A DNA stretch of 63,988 nucleotides, filler included, from Collodictyon triciliatum (Eukaryota), in the NCBI GenBank assembly GCA_043381765.1. It is 6 parts of 6 records of this genome, joined end to end, with 100 filler letters (N's around TTAATTAATTAA, not from the genome) between each part and the next. Parts side by side here need not be neighbours in the genome. Positions count along the whole stretch, not along the records: positions 58,594 to 63,988 come from JBHJMP010002383.1; 5 more parts are not named here. One strand, given 5' to 3'. Each line of letters opens with the position of its first letter. Position 1 is the first letter of the stretch. Below the pieces are notes generated by a model that searched no databases, was not told the origin of the DNA, and saw only the letters and a list, made by a program, of their open reading frames with translations. Positions 60,826 to 63,988 of the stretch are shown here, piece after piece. The translations under genes and the position numbers were made by a program.

Positions 60826-62601
60826 TTAAAGTCAGCAGGGATTTATTGAAATATTTATAATGTGTGAATCTATGAAGTAATATTTACAGTGATGATCAAT
60901 TAATGCACTAATTTTTCAAAGGATACCAATCATTATATGGATATATTATGAGACCTATTTGAGGATTAATTATTAAAGATATCTATTTGATAAAAATCCA
61001 TTACCCTATAGATTTTATTTAATATATTCAAATATATTATATTTCAATTATATATACTTATCTCAATAGACTTCCCATGATTAAGGATTTAACCAGTCGA
61101 TAAGAAATCAAGAACTTACATGCCATCAACCACTTAAAGTTTATTAAATAATATATGATTAAAATCTATCTTTGGATTGATGAAAAATATATTTAATTAA
61201 TTTTTGATATATTTTGTAATTTATTGATCAATTAATATTAAAAAAATTGAATTTTATGTGAATTAAGAGTCACTGCGTGGAATATCTGATTAAAAACAAA
61301 GTTAGAAATTGTTTCCTTAATTTGTCATTTCCTATATACGAAACACATGAAAAAATGAAAGCAAGTAATCCACATGTATTTCCATGACAAGATATTTCAT
61401 TCTTAATTTGGATGTACACTCAATTTCTCGGTACGTACAGACAGTCAGTTTTTATAAATATTGAATACCTTCAAAATCTTGTAAATCAATGAATATAATT
61501 TATCGTCTGTTTTTTTTTTGAAATTTATTCATAGGTTTGATAACATTTTGATTTTAATATGGAAATATTTTATTGAGAAAGCGAGTTTATGAAATCATCG
61601 GAAATTTCGACTTCTATAATATTTTTTTGGTCGTTACGTACATGAAACAATATTACTGGTCTCGGCCTGAATTTTTCGATATTTTTCCAATTGAAAAGTT
61701 TATCTGAATTCGTAATTTAATTTGAATCTAAATCAATATTTATACATAGAACATGGCTGGTGTCAACAGAGGAACTTTGCCGAAGAATTAATTTACGAAT
61801 CGAAGCATTGAAATTTTCAATACAAGATAATTCAAAAATATTCATAAGTGAAATCGAAATAATAATCATGAATTTTGCTTTAATAATTTTCTTAATAATC
61901 ATTTATATTTTTATGGTGGTTTTTTTATTAATTATCTTATGTTATATTCTTTATTTTTCTTTATCCCAATATTATAATAAGTAAAATATTTGAGTTTCCT
62001 GATAATCACAATTGATAAATACTTTGTGATAGTTTGAGATGATTCTTTCTGGTATCATATGATACGAATTAATTTCAATCCATTACTCTTGTTGGTAGCT
62101 AATTTCATCTTTTTTGAACTTATAATAATTAACTTAAATATATGAGATATCTATCATGTATAAAGATATTATTAAATTGCAAAAGAAAGTTTCTACACAA
62201 ATTTGATGCAATTCCCTTTAATAACGCAAAAAAAATTAGATGTACTAAATCATAATGATATATTTAATAATCTTTTTATTTATAACTTTTTGGATAAAAA
62301 ATACTCAAAAATTAGAACTTAATATGATTATCTTATGAGTTCAATAAATTTTACGTACAAAAATCAAATCACTCAATGAATACTATTTTCATTTTGAGAA
62401 TTATTTTTATAATTAATTTTACAATAAAGTGATGAGTGTTTTCTATAATACAAGCGAAGCAGCAAATGAATGAATATAATACATAAATTTTTCGAATTAA
62501 CAGACATTAGAAGGCCATTTAAATCAAAATTAAGTAAATCAGTAAATATCATATAAATTTTTCCTGAATTTTTAGGTATCTGACGATATCAGCACAAGGA
62601 A

Positions 62602-63988
62602 ATGCCAAAAAGCTTTTTACCCCTGCGAATTCTGATAGGTTTTCATCAATTAAGTTGTAATATTTAATTAATTCTATTGTAACAATATTTATGACTAGGT
62701 TTCATCACCTTCGGAAATATTATCTCCAGTATGGCACAAGTATCATCGATTTACACTGTCGGAACTGGTCATAGAAATTCTGTTTGGACTGTTGCTGTTA
62801 CTCCTGATGGCTCAAAAATTGTTTCTGGAGGTGGTTATGATAAAACAATCAAAATTTGGAATATTTCTGATGGAGTCCTGATTCACACACTGACTGGTCA
62901 TACTAATACTGTTTGGAGTGTCGCTGTTACTCCTGATGGCTCAAAAATCGTTTCTGGGAGTGAAGATAGGACAATCAAAATTTGGAACCTATCTGATGGA
63001 CATTTGATTCGTACATTGACTGGTCATACTAATTGGGTTCTTAGTGTTGCTGTTGCTCCTGATGGTTCAAAAATCTTTTCTGGAAGCAGTGATAAAACAA
63101 TCAAAATTTGGAATCTTTCTGATGGGGCTATGATTCGCACACTGACTGGTCATACTAGTGATGTTCGAGGTGTGGCTGTTGCTCCTGATGGTTCAATAAC
63201 AGTTTCGGGAAGTTTCGATACAACAATCAAAATTTGGAATCTTTCTGATGGTGCTTTGATTCGCACACTAAATGGTCATACCGCAGGAGTTTGGAGTGTT
63301 GCAGTTTCTCCTGATGGTTCGAAAATTGTTTCTGGAGGTGGTTATGATACAACAGTCAAGATTTGGAATCCTTCTGATGGTGCTTTGATTCGCACACTTA
63401 AGGGACATACAAGCGGGGTAATATGCGTCACTGTTTCTCCTGAAGGTTCAAAAATTCTTTCTGGTGGAGATTGGGGTGACCAATCTATCAAAATTTGGAA
63501 CCTTTCTGATGGTGCTTTGATTCGCACACTGACTGGACACCTCGCTAGTGTATTGAGTGTTGTTGTTACTCCTAATAGTTCAAAAATTGTCTCTGGAAGC
63601 CACGACTACACAGTAAAACTTTGGAATTTCTCTGATGGAAGCTTAATTTACTCAAGAGGCTCTAGGATTACAGGTATATCTTCGTCTCAGTCGAAATCAA
63701 TATCCATATCAGGGCATTCAGACAGTGTTATCAGAATTTGGAAATTATCCGATGGCGCATTAATTCGCTCCTTGAATGGTCATTCAGACATAGTTAACAC
63801 ATTAATACTATCACCAGATAGCTCCAAAGTAATTTCTGGAAGCAATGACAAATCGATCAAAGTTTGGAATGTTGACGACGGGTCTTTGATCAAATCATTC
63901 TTGGTCCATAGTGAGTCCATATACTGTCTTGTAACCACAACGGATGGAACTAGTGTTATATCAGGAAGTAGCGATAAAACAATAAAAA
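62602..63988 (+). CDS. WD40-repeat protein with highly similar HET-E-like repeats and a putative N-terminal signal peptide; runs off the window end
   Basis: ATG 62602 follows an in-frame TGA (62581); intron 62639-62698; open frame to the window end with about 10 repeats GHTxxVxSVAVxPDGSKIVSGSxDxTIKIWNLSDGALIRTL. Missed by the ORF track because there is no stop in the window. Confidence 0.9.

Overview
AT-rich, intron-dense eukaryotic (protist-like) genomic DNA using the standard genetic code. The window is not one locus. It holds six unplaced scaffolds joined by artificial 100-nt linkers (N44-TTAATTAATTAA-N44) and sorted by size (11621, 11618, 11616 and 11612 nt for the four complete ones), so adjacency across linkers is not biological. 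Most of the supplied ORF track is microsatellite or intron read-through noise, so genes were rebuilt by hand from GT-AG exon chains. Scaffold 1: a decayed region, then a DUF4062-NACHT-TPR (NLR-like STAND) gene whose sensor is an array of near-identical 126-nt one-repeat-per-exon cassettes. Scaffold 2: nucleoporin Tpr/Mlp1/NUA (5' truncated). Scaffold 3: DDX46/Prp5 N-terminus, ADP-ribosylarginine hydrolase, a 94-aa coiled-coil orphan and a BRUTUS/HRZ-type hemerythrin-CHY-RING ligase. Scaffold 4: an unidentified multi-exon gene and a signal peptide-LRR-Cys-rich-multi-TM receptor with one LRR per exon. Scaffold 5: a pseudogenised paralog of the NLR-like gene. Scaffold 6: alpha-tubulin 3' end, an L1-like LINE remnant and a HET-E-like WD40 repeat gene that appears to start with a signal peptide. 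The strongest candidate for an undescribed system is a modular, rapidly shuffled innate-immune-like receptor repertoire (TPR-cassette NLR, possibly secreted hypervariable WD40, exon-modular LRR-7TM). All family assignments are from motif recognition only; no database search was run.
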